This document shows, in pieces, positions 10,327 to 21,400 of a stretch of 64,000 bases of DNA. The notes below the pieces were generated by a model that was given only the letters and a program-made list of their open reading frames with translations, searched no databases and was not told where the DNA came from. Both the position numbers and the translations under genes were made by a program. This DNA comes from Tubulanus polymorphus (lineage: Eukaryota; Animalia; Nemertea), in assembly GCF_964204645.1 (NCBI RefSeq), contig NC_134036.1, forward strand, positions 9,217,859 through 9,281,858, written 5' to 3'. Positions within the stretch are counted from its first letter, which is position 1; each line of letters starts with the position of its first letter.

Positions 10327-10938
10327 TTATTTTATAAATTTATATTCATAAGGAAATTGTAATCTCATTAATAATTTTGAACCTTTATTATTTTTTAATT
10401 TATTCATATATTCATCATGTAATTCAGTAGGTATAATTTGATTTTCTTCCAATGATTGTTGCATAGATTTTCTATCTTTGTTATAAAATAAAACTAGAAA
10501 TCTTATATTCTCTCTAAAGTCTTTAACAATTGAATTATATTTTTGATTTAAAACCCAAGTTGTTATCCCAAAATGTCTACCAGAGAAAGCTAAATAACAT
10601 AACTCACTTTCTCTAATTTTAGAATCATGTAAATTTGCACAATCATCAATAATAAATAATGTATTTGATCCTTTATAAATATCTAATGCAATTTTTATAC
10701 AATTATCTAAATTTTCTTTTACTGTTTTGGGGTCTAATATAATAAACTTTTTTATCTTAACTATATCTCTATTATATGTTTTATTCATTTCATATGTAGG
10801 ACAGAATAATATTATATTATCAAAATGATTTTTATAAATAGTTTCTAACAAATCTAATATGAAATGTGTTTTACCACAATTTGTAACTCCAGTAACTAAC
10901 ATATTATGTGGTTCAAATATAAATAAATCTTTATTCAT
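10327..10938 (-). CDS. FtsK/A32-like genome packaging ATPase
   Basis: Walker A GVTNCGKT, Walker B LFIIDD, SGRH arginine motif, LNQKY..I.K..REN. Confidence 0.92.
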   Translation of the reverse strand: MNKDLFIFEPHNMLVTGVTNCGKTHFILDLLETIYKNHFDNIILFCPTYEMNKTYNRDIVKIKKFIILDPKTVKENLDNCIKIALDIYKGSNTLFIIDDCANLHDSKIRESELCYLAFSGRHFGITTWVLNQKYNSIVKDFRENIRFLVLFYNKDRKSMQQSLEENQIIPTELHDEYMNKLKNNKGSKLLMRLQFPYEYKFIK

Positions 10939-12046
10939 TTATTCTTTTAATTTTACTAGATAAAATCCATTCATTAAATTTATCATCATATCCTTTATAT
11001 TTCACCAAAGAATACTTTTTTCCTTTAAGAGTTTTAGTTTTTAATACCTTTTCTATTTTGTATTCTATTTCATCTGGATTTGGTACAAGTGATAATTCTT
11101 GTTCATAGAAATAACCTAATATTTCTTCATCTTTTAAATCTTCTAATTTATAAACAAATGGTTTAGTTAATATTATCTTTTTAATTTTAAATATTTCTTC
11201 TGTAAAATTAGGGGTATAACCTTTATAAAATGTTTTTCTATATTTAGATATTCTTACGTGTTGTCCTATTTTAAATTTAGGTTCTCCAAAATCATGTGTA
11301 ACAAATGCTCCATATAAATTATTCCAAACTATTTCTGAATTTTCTTCTTTTCTAGCTTGTATAGGTTTCATATTTATAGAACTATGTTTAGAATTATTAT
11401 AACCTTTAACTAAATCATCTAACACATCGATATATTTATATGTTTCATTAGCGGTGAAATATTTCCACATTCTAGTTTTCAATGTTTTATTAAATCTTTC
11501 TATAACAGATGCTTTTTTATCTGAATGTGTTGAAAAATATTCTACATCGTTATCAGATAATAGTTTTTTGAAATGTTTGTTATAAAATTCCTTACCTTCA
11601 TCAAATTGTATCTTATCTGGGATAGCTTCTTTAAATATAGATTTAAAAGCATTTGTAACTTCTAATCCAGTTTTATTTTTAATCGGGATACTCCATGCGT
11701 ATCTACTGAATATATCTATAACATTCAGTATCCAGAAATATCCTTTGTTGTATTCTTCTAAGTTTTTCATGTCAATTAAATCAGCTTGCCATTGTTGGTC
11801 AATATATGAAACCATAACTTTTCTTGTTAAATATTTTTTATCCATCTTTTTATGAATTTGATATGTGGGTTGATTTTGTAACCATGATTTTAATTCACTA
11901 TATTTTATATCACTGTGTGGGTGCCGTACGGCACCATTGCTATTATCGGATTTAATTTTATTCCATAATTCTGAAACGTTAGAATATGATACTTCACTTT
12001 CTGGGTTATAATATAACTCTCTTAAATATTGTTCTTTTTTCATCAT
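10931..12046 (-). CDS. int: Retroviral-like DDE integrase with C-terminal chromodomain (c-integrase)
   Basis: QWQADLIDM, IDIFSRYAW, QFDEGKEF, KASVIERFNKTLK, YNNSKHSSI, chromodomain YKIEKVLK..LVKYKGYDDKFNEW. Confidence 0.96.
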   Translation of the reverse strand: MMKKEQYLRELYYNPESEVSYSNVSELWNKIKSDNSNGAVRHPHSDIKYSELKSWLQNQPTYQIHKKMDKKYLTRKVMVSYIDQQWQADLIDMKNLEEYNKGYFWILNVIDIFSRYAWSIPIKNKTGLEVTNAFKSIFKEAIPDKIQFDEGKEFYNKHFKKLLSDNDVEYFSTHSDKKASVIERFNKTLKTRMWKYFTANETYKYIDVLDDLVKGYNNSKHSSINMKPIQARKEENSEIVWNNLYGAFVTHDFGEPKFKIGQHVRISKYRKTFYKGYTPNFTEEIFKIKKIILTKPFVYKLEDLKDEEILGYFYEQELSLVPNPDEIEYKIEKVLKTKTLKGKKYSLVKYKGYDDKFNEWILSSKIKRINE

Positions 12047-12049
12047 ATT

Positions 12050-12427
12050 TTAATCCATTAATAATATTTTAGATTTATTTTCATTTGATTTATTTTCTGT
12101 TATAATAGGTTTACTGTTTGTACACGGATAACTAAGTTTCCGATCATCATTGGAATCATCTTTATCGTCAGATTTGAATTTTGATTTATATATTACACCG
12201 GATAATATAATAACTGTGATTAACCCAATTGTAATATATAATTTATAATTACTTCCAACATTAGAAGAATCAGATGGATTATTATTTGAATCAATACCAG
12301 GTGATTCATTTATATCAGTTAATTTCTTTTTCTTAGCTTTTTTTAATTCTGAAGATCTTTTACCTAATTCTCTTGCCCATTTAATTTGTTTCTCGGATCT
12401 AGCCTTTTTCTTAACTCCATCACTCAT
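12050..12427 (-). CDS. Hypothetical single-TM basic protein
   Basis: 125 aa, basic N-terminus, TM LYITIGLITVIILSGVIY; TAAATG start overlapping upstream stop. Confidence 0.6.
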   Translation of the reverse strand: MSDGVKKKARSEKQIKWARELGKRSSELKKAKKKKLTDINESPGIDSNNNPSDSSNVGSNYKLYITIGLITVIILSGVIYKSKFKSDDKDDSNDDRKLSYPCTNSKPIITENKSNENKSKILLMD

Positions 12428-13022
12428 TTATTTTAGTTAATTTTTGTTCTGATTCATCTTCTGTTTCGTGGTTTGGTTGTAGTACATCTGTTTCGTTCTT
12501 ACCTGATTTATATTCCATAGGTTTGATGTTCGAAAATGTTATAACTCCAGTAGAAATCAATGTCATAACCGATCCTAATTGAAATGAAGCATATCCAACC
12601 CATTTTTGTAATTCAGTCATAACTAAATAGTCATTTTTCAAATCATTATATAATTTATTTTCATCATCAATTGGTATTAGCCGGTTACATAATTTTGAAT
12701 AACATTTGATAATACCATCACTTATAGAGTCGTTTATTCTAGCTAATCTTGACTCTTCATAAATCTTAAAATATTTGATTACTTTTTCTTTATTCATATT
12801 ATCTAATTCTTGAAAAGTTATTATTTTTCCTAAGAAGTCCTTAGATTTCCCACCAGCAATTAATAATTCAAGATGATGCTTACAATATAAATAGTATTCA
12901 TAATCTATATTGTTATTAACTTGAGCACAATTAGTTGCAACTGTATCTTTATTATCACTTATACCCAAATCATCTAATGTTTTTTCAACCTTAATATTAT
13001 TCTTATTCGATTTCTTAGACAT
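12420..13022 (-). CDS. Conserved hypothetical Polinton protein (200 aa)
   Basis: Intact ORF, TAAATG start, GKSKDFLGK and L..DL.ND pattern, hydrophobic C-terminal helix. Confidence 0.65.
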   Translation of the reverse strand: MSKKSNKNNIKVEKTLDDLGISDNKDTVATNCAQVNNNIDYEYYLYCKHHLELLIAGGKSKDFLGKIITFQELDNMNKEKVIKYFKIYEESRLARINDSISDGIIKCYSKLCNRLIPIDDENKLYNDLKNDYLVMTELQKWVGYASFQLGSVMTLISTGVITFSNIKPMEYKSGKNETDVLQPNHETEDESEQKLTKINE

Positions 13023-13245
13023 TTATATTAGAGAAATTTAATAAGAATAGTATTATAAGTATTCTTCAAATGATACTAGCTAGTTAAAGCTAAAGAATTC
13101 TAGTATTAGTTATTGTTTTTTAGTATTTTTTATTTGTGATATAAAGTATTCTTTTTTGAAAGAAAATATTAAAAATTAAAATAGAAATAATAGCTAGTTG
13201 AAGGTATGTAATTTTTATTATATTTTATTTGAGATATATTATTCT

Positions 13246-13961
13246 TTAACCACTCATTAAAGACTCAACATATTGTTCATTATTTGGATTATTGTTCCAT
13301 AATTCAATAAATTTCTTTGCTTTATCCAGTTGATCTAAATATAATTTCATATCTAGTTTGTTAGATTTAATTATATTTTCTTTCTTTTCTAAAGGTCTTA
13401 GATTCTTCCAATTCCAGATCAGCTTCTTATAATATTCATCATTCATATCAAATTCAGAAATCGGCAACACGTGATCAATATGAAAGTATTCACCATAATT
13501 ATCTATATTCATTTTATCATCGAATTGATATATTATCCATGATTTGAGAAATTCATCTGAACAACCTAATAGATCAGATAATGTGTATGAGTGACTGTCT
13601 TTGCTGAATAATTGTGTTAATCTAGACCGTAAACATTGTTTCAATCTAAAATTAAGATCTGTTTGATATCTTTCTCTCATATATTTTGTCATATAATCAT
13701 TATAAGATTCTCTATTATCTTCTCGATATTGTTTGGTATATAGTTTAAAACAAGTTTTACAGCAATTTTGAAAACCATCTTTGCTAATCTTACGCTTACT
13801 AAATTCTGTTATAGCTAATTTATCTAATTCACATTTAGAACACTTTTTGTAGTATATGTTTATAACGCCAGTGTTATTTGTAATATTGGTAGTTTGTGGT
13901 TGTTCTCTTCCCTCTGGAAGAATCCTCTTCCATTTCTCCGACTAACGTCATCCTTTTTCAT
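13246..13961 (-). CDS. HNH-like endonuclease with N-terminal Cys4 zinc ribbon; probable frameshift near 5' end
   Basis: FHIDHVLPI..F..WKNLRPL..ENI.KSNK HNH-type motif; frame open upstream of 13692 through KKCSKC..F..DG..CKTC to ~13941; candidate ATG at 13961 is in another frame. Confidence 0.7.
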
Positions 13962-15076
13962 TCCTCGCTGCTTTTGATAAGTCAGTTTCGATTCCTTGAT
14001 ATCTAAATAATACCACTGGGCAAAACCGCGCATTCATGCGCGCTTGTGCTTAATGCGCATGCGTTAATCATAATTATATATTCATTCTGAATAGAAACGA
14101 CCGAACATAAAAATTCATCAATCAGATTTACACAATACATTATACAAGTTGTTCGGTCGTTTCTTCCAATACATCATTTGATTTCTATAAATACAATTTA
14201 TAATTACAAACATTTTTTCAATTGCTTGTAAATATTTAACTACATCAACAAATGTTAAACTTAATCATTGGAGTCTTAATGTTTTTGAAATTCTTATATA
14301 GTTTCTTCGACGATCTTTTGGTGATTCTTGTGTTTCTTGTGCTAATTTATATTGGTTTGATATCCATTGCTGTTGATTCCTCAGTCAGAAAGAGTATCTT
14401 GAGTTTCTCTATCGCTTCTTGATGCGTATGGCGTTTTATTAATCTAAAAGATATTAGCGGTAACTCTAGCAATCTAAAAGATATTCTAAATACGCTTAAA
14501 TATATCTAAAGGTTTCGTATTTAATAGCCTTAATAACTACAACAAACAGTACTTACATTTAGATTTATAATTGTAAACTATAAACTCCTAATTTCGTTTC
14601 GAAAGATAGAATATCCTGAGCACAATATTACAGCGTATATCCATTTCCGGGGCGATTTCTAGAATGACACGTCGTTAATTATACAGCGCCATCTAGTTCC
14701 GGCACGCCTTTCTAGAATATTCTCTACACGTTTCTAATTATGATGTGTAATAATGTCTCGTCGTCATAGTAACAACTGTAACAGCTGTGAATTTATAGAT
14801 TTATTCTATGGCTCTATACATTGAATGTATATAGGCTCAAATAGAATCATGTTCTAGTATAAACATCTAGAACAAGCGTGTTGAGACTTGTAAATTATGA
14901 GATTTGTGATTCGCTACGTTCGCTGTATACACAACGTGTTGAAGTTGAAAAAAAACAATAATAAAAGAATTTAGATTAATGAAATTAATTAACTCTTTAC
15001 AATTGAAATATAAGCTAGTAACATATGTTTACTATAGTTAATACAACCAACTATATATCTGAGTATTATCGGGTGT

Positions 15077-15250
15077 TTATAACGATTCAACATATTTTTC
15101 ACCATGTGTTGAGTTCCTTAATTCGATAAATGTCTTTGCTTTAACCAACTGGACTAAAAACAAATGTGTTATAGTTTTATTGTGTCTTGCTTTTTGAGAC
15201 TTGTCTATATCGATATTACATGTTGGACAGTAGTATTTATTTGCTTCCAT
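15077..15250 (-). CDS. 57-aa mini-ORF: pPolB N-terminal zinc finger carried in the TIR fused to unrelated tail
   Basis: MEANKYYCPTCNIDIDKSQKARHNKTITHL|FLVQLVKAKTFIELRNSTHGEKYVESL*; expression unknown. Confidence 0.4.
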   Translation of the reverse strand: MEANKYYCPTCNIDIDKSQKARHNKTITHLFLVQLVKAKTFIELRNSTHGEKYVESL

Positions 15251-15599
15251 TTTAATACTATATTTTTTATTAAAATTGATTTTAGAAGTTCAATGATTTA
15301 AATGTTATTCATATATATATGAATAACATTTAAGAGTAATAGGGATATAGGCTTTCAGGTCAAAGGTTGAACGGGTGGGTGAGTAAAAATGAAAAACATA
15401 AAAATAATTACAATTTCTACTTGAATTAGGAGTGAAACTCATAAAAATGAAAAATAAATTCGAGCGTGTGAGAATTTATTTTTCATTTTTATGAGTTTCA
15501 CTCCTAATTCAAGTAGAAATTGTAATTATTTTTATGTTTTTCATTTTTACGAGCTCGACCGTTCGACCTTTGGCCTGAAAGCCTATTATCCCTATTACT
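15162..15599 (-). repeat. Right terminal inverted repeat of Polinton copy 1 (~440 bp, defined by homology to copy 2 left end)
   Basis: Reverse complement matches 61784-~62139, including pPolB start ATGGAAGCAAATAAATACTAC; similarity stops after ...ATAACACATTT. Confidence 0.85.
15335..15599. repeat. 265-bp terminal fold-back palindrome (hairpin)
   Basis: Arm 15335-15461 (AGTAATAGGG...) pairs with 15472-15599 (...CCCTATTACT); 10-nt loop. Confidence 0.95.
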
Positions 15600-15600
15600 G

Positions 15601-18453
15601 ATAAGCGCGTTCGATTGGGCCTTCGATATTCTTCGAATTGGGTATCAGACGGTTAGTCTTCATTTTGATATAGTCTGTTATGGCGTTGACGACTATTTCA
15701 ACTCGATAATTCACGGATAGATTTCGAGTCGTTGTCTTGTAGATAAGCCCAACGCGGTAAATCTACGCACTGAATCGCGAGAGACGAGTACGGTATAAAT
15801 CCCACAATTACGTGATCGAAAAAGTTTTTAAAATATCGAAACTACTGTCAAAATTTGTTCATGAACCCGCCCGAATGTTCGGTTTTACACTCTTTCGGGT
15901 TCATTCCCCTTGAAAATGGTTTTTAGTGTAGGACCGAAAATTCGCGTTCTTAATAAATTTAGATTGTTTCGATATCCTAAAAACTTTATCGATCTCGTGA
16001 TTGTGGGATTTATATTTTTGTTGATTACCTTGTTCATTCTATAATATCTATTTCCGAAGCGGATTGATGATAATTCGAGATGTGCGTATGTTTTTAAATT
16101 CGAATTTCGCGTTATAGGGTTTGACGGCTGATGAATTCCGGTGCAAAGCAGACAGCGCTTGGTATCAGGTCGAATACAAGAAGAAAGACGAAGAGATATG
16201 GATGAAACTCAATGCCGGGACTGGTATCCCATCAGCGACAATCACCGGGTTGACTCCTTATACTCGGTATATCATAAGAGTAGGAGTTAGGAATAAATCC
16301 GGTGCCACCTATAAGTACAGCGACGAAATTGAGATAACAACAGCTACCGGAGGTTCGTTCATTCAATTACTTAATATCGCTATTCTTCCAATTCCAATCG
16401 ACACGTTTTCAAAAACAAACCGGATCTTCCGCACCTCATGTGTGGCCGCGGAACTTCTGAACCCCATACCACTGAACACCGCGGAACAGTAAACATCAGC
16501 GCACTTTCGAACGAAACAGATCGTCCACACTTCACGGATGCTTCGACCGAGAGAGTTTTAACTGAAAATGAACAACAAAAAATAAATTACGAACACCAGA
16601 CATTAGATATTTTATCAGCGCATTTTCAAAAACTGATCGTCCTCACTTCACACGTGTTCAGTGCTTTACCTGCACCATTTCTAATTGAAAATGAACTACG
16701 AACATCAGACATTGGAAATTTTATCAGCATACTTTCAAAAACTGGTGTAAACCCACACCCCAGAGCTACATGTACGTTAGAACAATCGTTCGATGATTGC
16801 ATTTCACACCGCTTCCAATTTGATCGGCACATTCTCGAAAAAAACGGATTCCCTGACGACTCCCAGCGCCCGCACGAATCAACCTACGCGCGCAGAAAAA
16901 CTTATTCGATCGATGAAACCATTGTTACGGTTCCGACTTATGGAATTTGATGAATCGAAAAAAAGATCCTTCAGTTGTCTGGTTTTATGCGTACGTATTG
17001 GATATATGATGATTTGTATGTTTTATTTGTTTATAGTTCCAGGTCCGGTACGCGATTTGGAAACTACAGTGAAGTCGGATACTAGTTTAACAGTAAACTG
17101 GTCTCCACCAACGACATTAAACGGGGAGATTTCCAAGTACAAAGTTTGGTATAGACAACTCAAGTATAAAGCGTGCTCTAAGACGGTCGCGGATCAGTTT
17201 CACCAAAAACCTGAAACATCACTGCTTACCAAGACTATAACCGGTTTAATCCCGTTTAGCGAATACGAGATCACTGTTCAGCCGTTCACTTCAGCTAGTA
17301 CTGGATCAGAGAAAAATAAAGAATGTATCACAGCATCGACTGAACCAGCTGGTAGGTGATAGTGTCAGGAGACGCCAGGTCGATTCGAAATATCGTTGTA
17401 GCGAGATTTTCGAAAACATTCAAATTCTTTAAGGGAGCATCTCAAAATTTTGATAGTTACTTCAATTAGATTAACTCGCGGAAGGGGGTGGGGTTGGTGG
17501 CCTCCCGCGGATTCATCACGACTGCCGAACTATCGATTCATTGCAGTGCGGGTATAAATGGTGTGTTTTTAGTTTAAGATTATGTATGAGTTCGCGGCTA
17601 CGCCGATGAAAGCGTGCCAGTGGCAACAGAACCCACAAAACTGAAACTGGGTCCAGAATCAAATTAAACCTATGGAACTGGGTTTTAAGTCGGGTTAAGC
17701 CCTCACTTACTGTGAATCAGGGCCCAGAATCGAATCAAACCCATAGAACTGGGTCTAGAGTCAAAGTAAACTCACACAAGTGTGGAACTGGATCCACAGA
17801 TAGATTAAACCCACACAACTGTGGAACTGGATCTAGAGTCAAATTAAATCTACGCAACTGCGGAACTGGATCTAGAGTCAAATTAAATCTACGCAACTGC
17901 GGAACTGGATCCAGAGATGAATTAAAAATCCATACTTCGAATGAGGATCATTTAGAAATCAGATTGAAGTTTCGCGTGACCGTGTTGATCCTTTTCTACG
18001 GTTATGCGGTTTTCGAATTTGACTCTGTCGTCTATCGTTACAGCTCCTGTGGGTACACCGGCGAAGGCTACTGTATCAACAGAACATATGACAACTAGAG
18101 CTACTGTCAGGTTTCCGCGGTTCACTTGTAAGAATATGAATGGAAAATTCACTGGTTTCAACTATGAAGTTAGGAAGACATCTGATCATACGATAGTTGA
18201 CAGCAAAACTGCACATCAGTACTGGTCTGCAATAACTGGTTTGACGCCTTACACCGATTATTATCTCAAATACAAATGGGGGAATTCTATAGGCGAAACT
18301 GAATTTTCTCAAAAGACAATATTCAAAACCGATGAATCAGGTAAGTTCGTCATCTTTTACTTTGAAAACCCTCTGCTGCTCATACCGCTTACGTATAGAA
18401 TTAGCAATCCCTAATCATAGAGTATTTCAACCGCGCTCTATTATTTCAGTGGT

Positions 18454-18489
<36 letters not shown>

Positions 18490-21400
18490 CTTTATTTACA
18501 TAGAAATTATAACATAATCACATACACATTCACATTCGTACAAAAGAAAAATCAATAATGTAATAAATGGCGAATAATTAGCTAAATCATATAGTTGGAG
18601 TATTTGAGTTCACGCAGAGATTTAGAAATGTGTAAACTGTTGGGAAGGTTTTGCCAAAGACTAGGTATTGAACGTCGAAATGAGTTATGAAATACATTTT
18701 TTCGGTGATAGGAAATTCGTGGAAAATTACGTTGTCGCGTATTATAGCAATGATTTGATGAATGGTTTCGTATGAGCGTAATTAATCTTGGACTTCACGC
18801 ATACAATGACTATGATGTATGGCTCGTTTATCGGGGCGCCGATATATCGTGGGTCGTTTCGTGCGATGAGTGTGGCGGGACCCGCGTGCCGTTACCACCG
18901 GATTTCGCCCCTCTATGTCTAAATCCTGGATCCGGCCCTGAAAAAAAGTATCGTATCGTGCGAATATTTACACGAGAGACTTTTTGTCGAGAGTCGAATG
19001 AACGATAAAACAGCAACAGAATCACATTTTTTTAAAAAAAGGTTCATCCTGGAAAAATAATTTCATAATAATGTTATTTATATAGCGCAGGTATCCTATA
19101 ACCGGAGTCAGTTCAAAATGCGCTCCAAATTTGGTATTATCACCCCCAGCCTATAGTTCTATTCAATGTATCAGTCACTTCTCCCTGGGGAGAAGTGATA
19201 TCCAAGCAGCTGCTATAGGTGCCCGGGTGTCATCTATCAGACTAAGTTCCTCATCTACTCCTGGGTGGAGAGAGGCAATGAGGATAAGTGTCTTGCCCGA
19301 GGACGCTACCGTAATGTTCGGGGTTTGAGACTTGGCTTACCACAGTCGAACGCTCTGACCACTCGCCTACACCGCGCGCACAAAAACAAAGCTGAAAAAT
19401 ATAATATTCCAGTGCGACCGATTTCAGCCTCATCAGGTACAATGTATTTAGTCAATGTATTTAGTCAATGTATTTAGTATGTACACTTTGTTTATTTCCG
19501 CTGTGGGGCTTGTATGCGCTTCTTTACATAGTTCATTCAATACATTATACCTGAATTGTGTTTCGGTTGCGATTCCGTTGTGGCTTTATTTGTTCGATAC
19601 TGGGAATCTAGAAACCACTGGGATCTTTAATGCGAGCTTAAAAGATGATACTGGGAATCTGGAAACTATTGTTATATGTGACCATTAACATGAAACTGGT
19701 AATCTAGAAACTACTGGAATATGTTGACCATTAACATGATACTGGTAATCCAGGAAGAAAAACACTCTAAATATTTTGATGGATATATGAAAGCTGTGGG
19801 TACTGGAGTGTGTAATGGGTAGTGTAGTGTGATCTGTGTGCATTTGTGGCCAGCACACAGATCACATTGTTCAATGGGGTTTGGTCCAGGACTCGCGAGA
19901 TTTTCAACAACACTGAAGTAACGTGTAATAAATGATGACTTGAATTGCATGACTACCTACCACCCCTCATTATTGTTGGAAAACTAAACGTTCGGCACTG
20001 ACTAAAAATTAGTAATAACATTTTAGAAATGGCCAGAATTTTAACTTAGGTTCTATCTCATTTTTATTTTACAATTGCGATTGGTATATTTTTTTTTAAA
20101 CGGCCGTTAAGGCTTCATGTTTCGTCTGCAATTCACTGCAAATAGTTACGCAACTACGCACATTTCAGTGTTTTTGGCAGCTGTACACTCACTCTGCACC
20201 GTTCGTGACTAGCTTCACTGCGGAATTATCATTTATTAACATCGCCATATCACATCATCAACTGATATTGTGCCTTAAAACCCTAACAGCCGAAATAATT
20301 GAAATGCACACACGATTTCTATCATTGAAAATTGAGAGAGTGGCCATGTTTGTGTTTGCTGCTTCGCGTAAATCCCGCGCGGTGGCGCAACCGCGCGGAG
20401 TGGGGCTTTTGTAAATATTTGTATATACATGTTTAATAGTTTTCCTCCATATACCATGGAAATGGTTGGAGTGTAAATAAATCGTCATCGTAATCGGGCC
20501 GATACGTCTAGAAACTACTGCTATCTGTAATGTAAATTATTAACATGATGCTGGGAATCTAGAAACTACTGGTATCAAGGGTCGTACTTAGCGCGGGGCA
20601 GTTGCCCTCCAGAAATTTTGCAAAAGTGCCCTTTTACAGATATTATTCATAAATCTAATAGAACACCCAGACCGTTTTCGAGTTCAAAAAAATTCCAATG
20701 CTAGATAAGGCCCAGGGGCCAGTTGCTCAAGGGTTGGTTAGAGTTAACCAGTGGATAGTTGACATAGTGACAATTAACAGTTCAGTTCATTGTTACTATG
20801 GTAATTATCCGCTGGATATCTTCGACCACCAACTTTTGAGCAACTGCAGCCCTGATATCTGTCATGTTAATTTAACATGAGGCGCGATCGAGTAATGAAA
20901 AAGGCGCATGGGCTTAATTGCAGTTTTCACGTCTCATTCTCGAACTGTAAATGTTCTAATCGTTATCGTTTTGTGAGTGTTGTTTCTTATTTTGTCGATA
21001 GTTCCGCAAGTTGCGAAACCTATCGCGCAATCAGCGTCGACCGATTCGTTGATATTCGCCTGGCAGCCGAAACAGCCACCGTTCGCTAAAATCACCGGGT
21101 ACCACGTTCGATGCGGTAATGCAACTGGTAATCGAACAGCATCGGGAGAACAGCATCGAATCTTTTACAGACAATCGTTTCGTCCGCCGCATTATCAAGT
21201 GATCCTGAAGAATTTGAGAGCGAGTAGCTGGTACTGGTGCCGGGTAAGATATCTTAATACGTAATCTTCGTGATGTGATATACGGTGCATCAAAATCATC
21301 CTCCCTCGGCTGGGATTTGAACCTGATGGCATCGCTACACTTAGCCTTGGTACGAAACCCTGCCACACTTAGACCGGGTGCGCAGGTACTTGTGCTAAGA

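Larger units (their letters stand above)
1..15599 (+). mobile_element. Polinton/Maverick (adintovirus-like) element, copy 1, left-truncated by window; partly decayed
   Basis: pPolB, minor and major capsid, FtsK/A32-type ATPase and DDE integrase+chromodomain in a compact, intronless, very AT-rich block; ends in ...CCCTATTACT (reverse complement AGTAATAGGG), matching the start of copy 2 at 61784; composition shifts abruptly at 15600. Confidence 0.96.

Noticed and set aside
15077-15105. EKYVESL tail resembling the end of the HNH ORF (EQYVESL)
   Set aside because: Match is under 20 nt in AT-rich DNA and could be chance
16438-16950. 170-aa ORF and similar ORFs at 17712, 26447, 32958, 40208
   Set aside because: They run through intronic tandem repeats with no protein motifs
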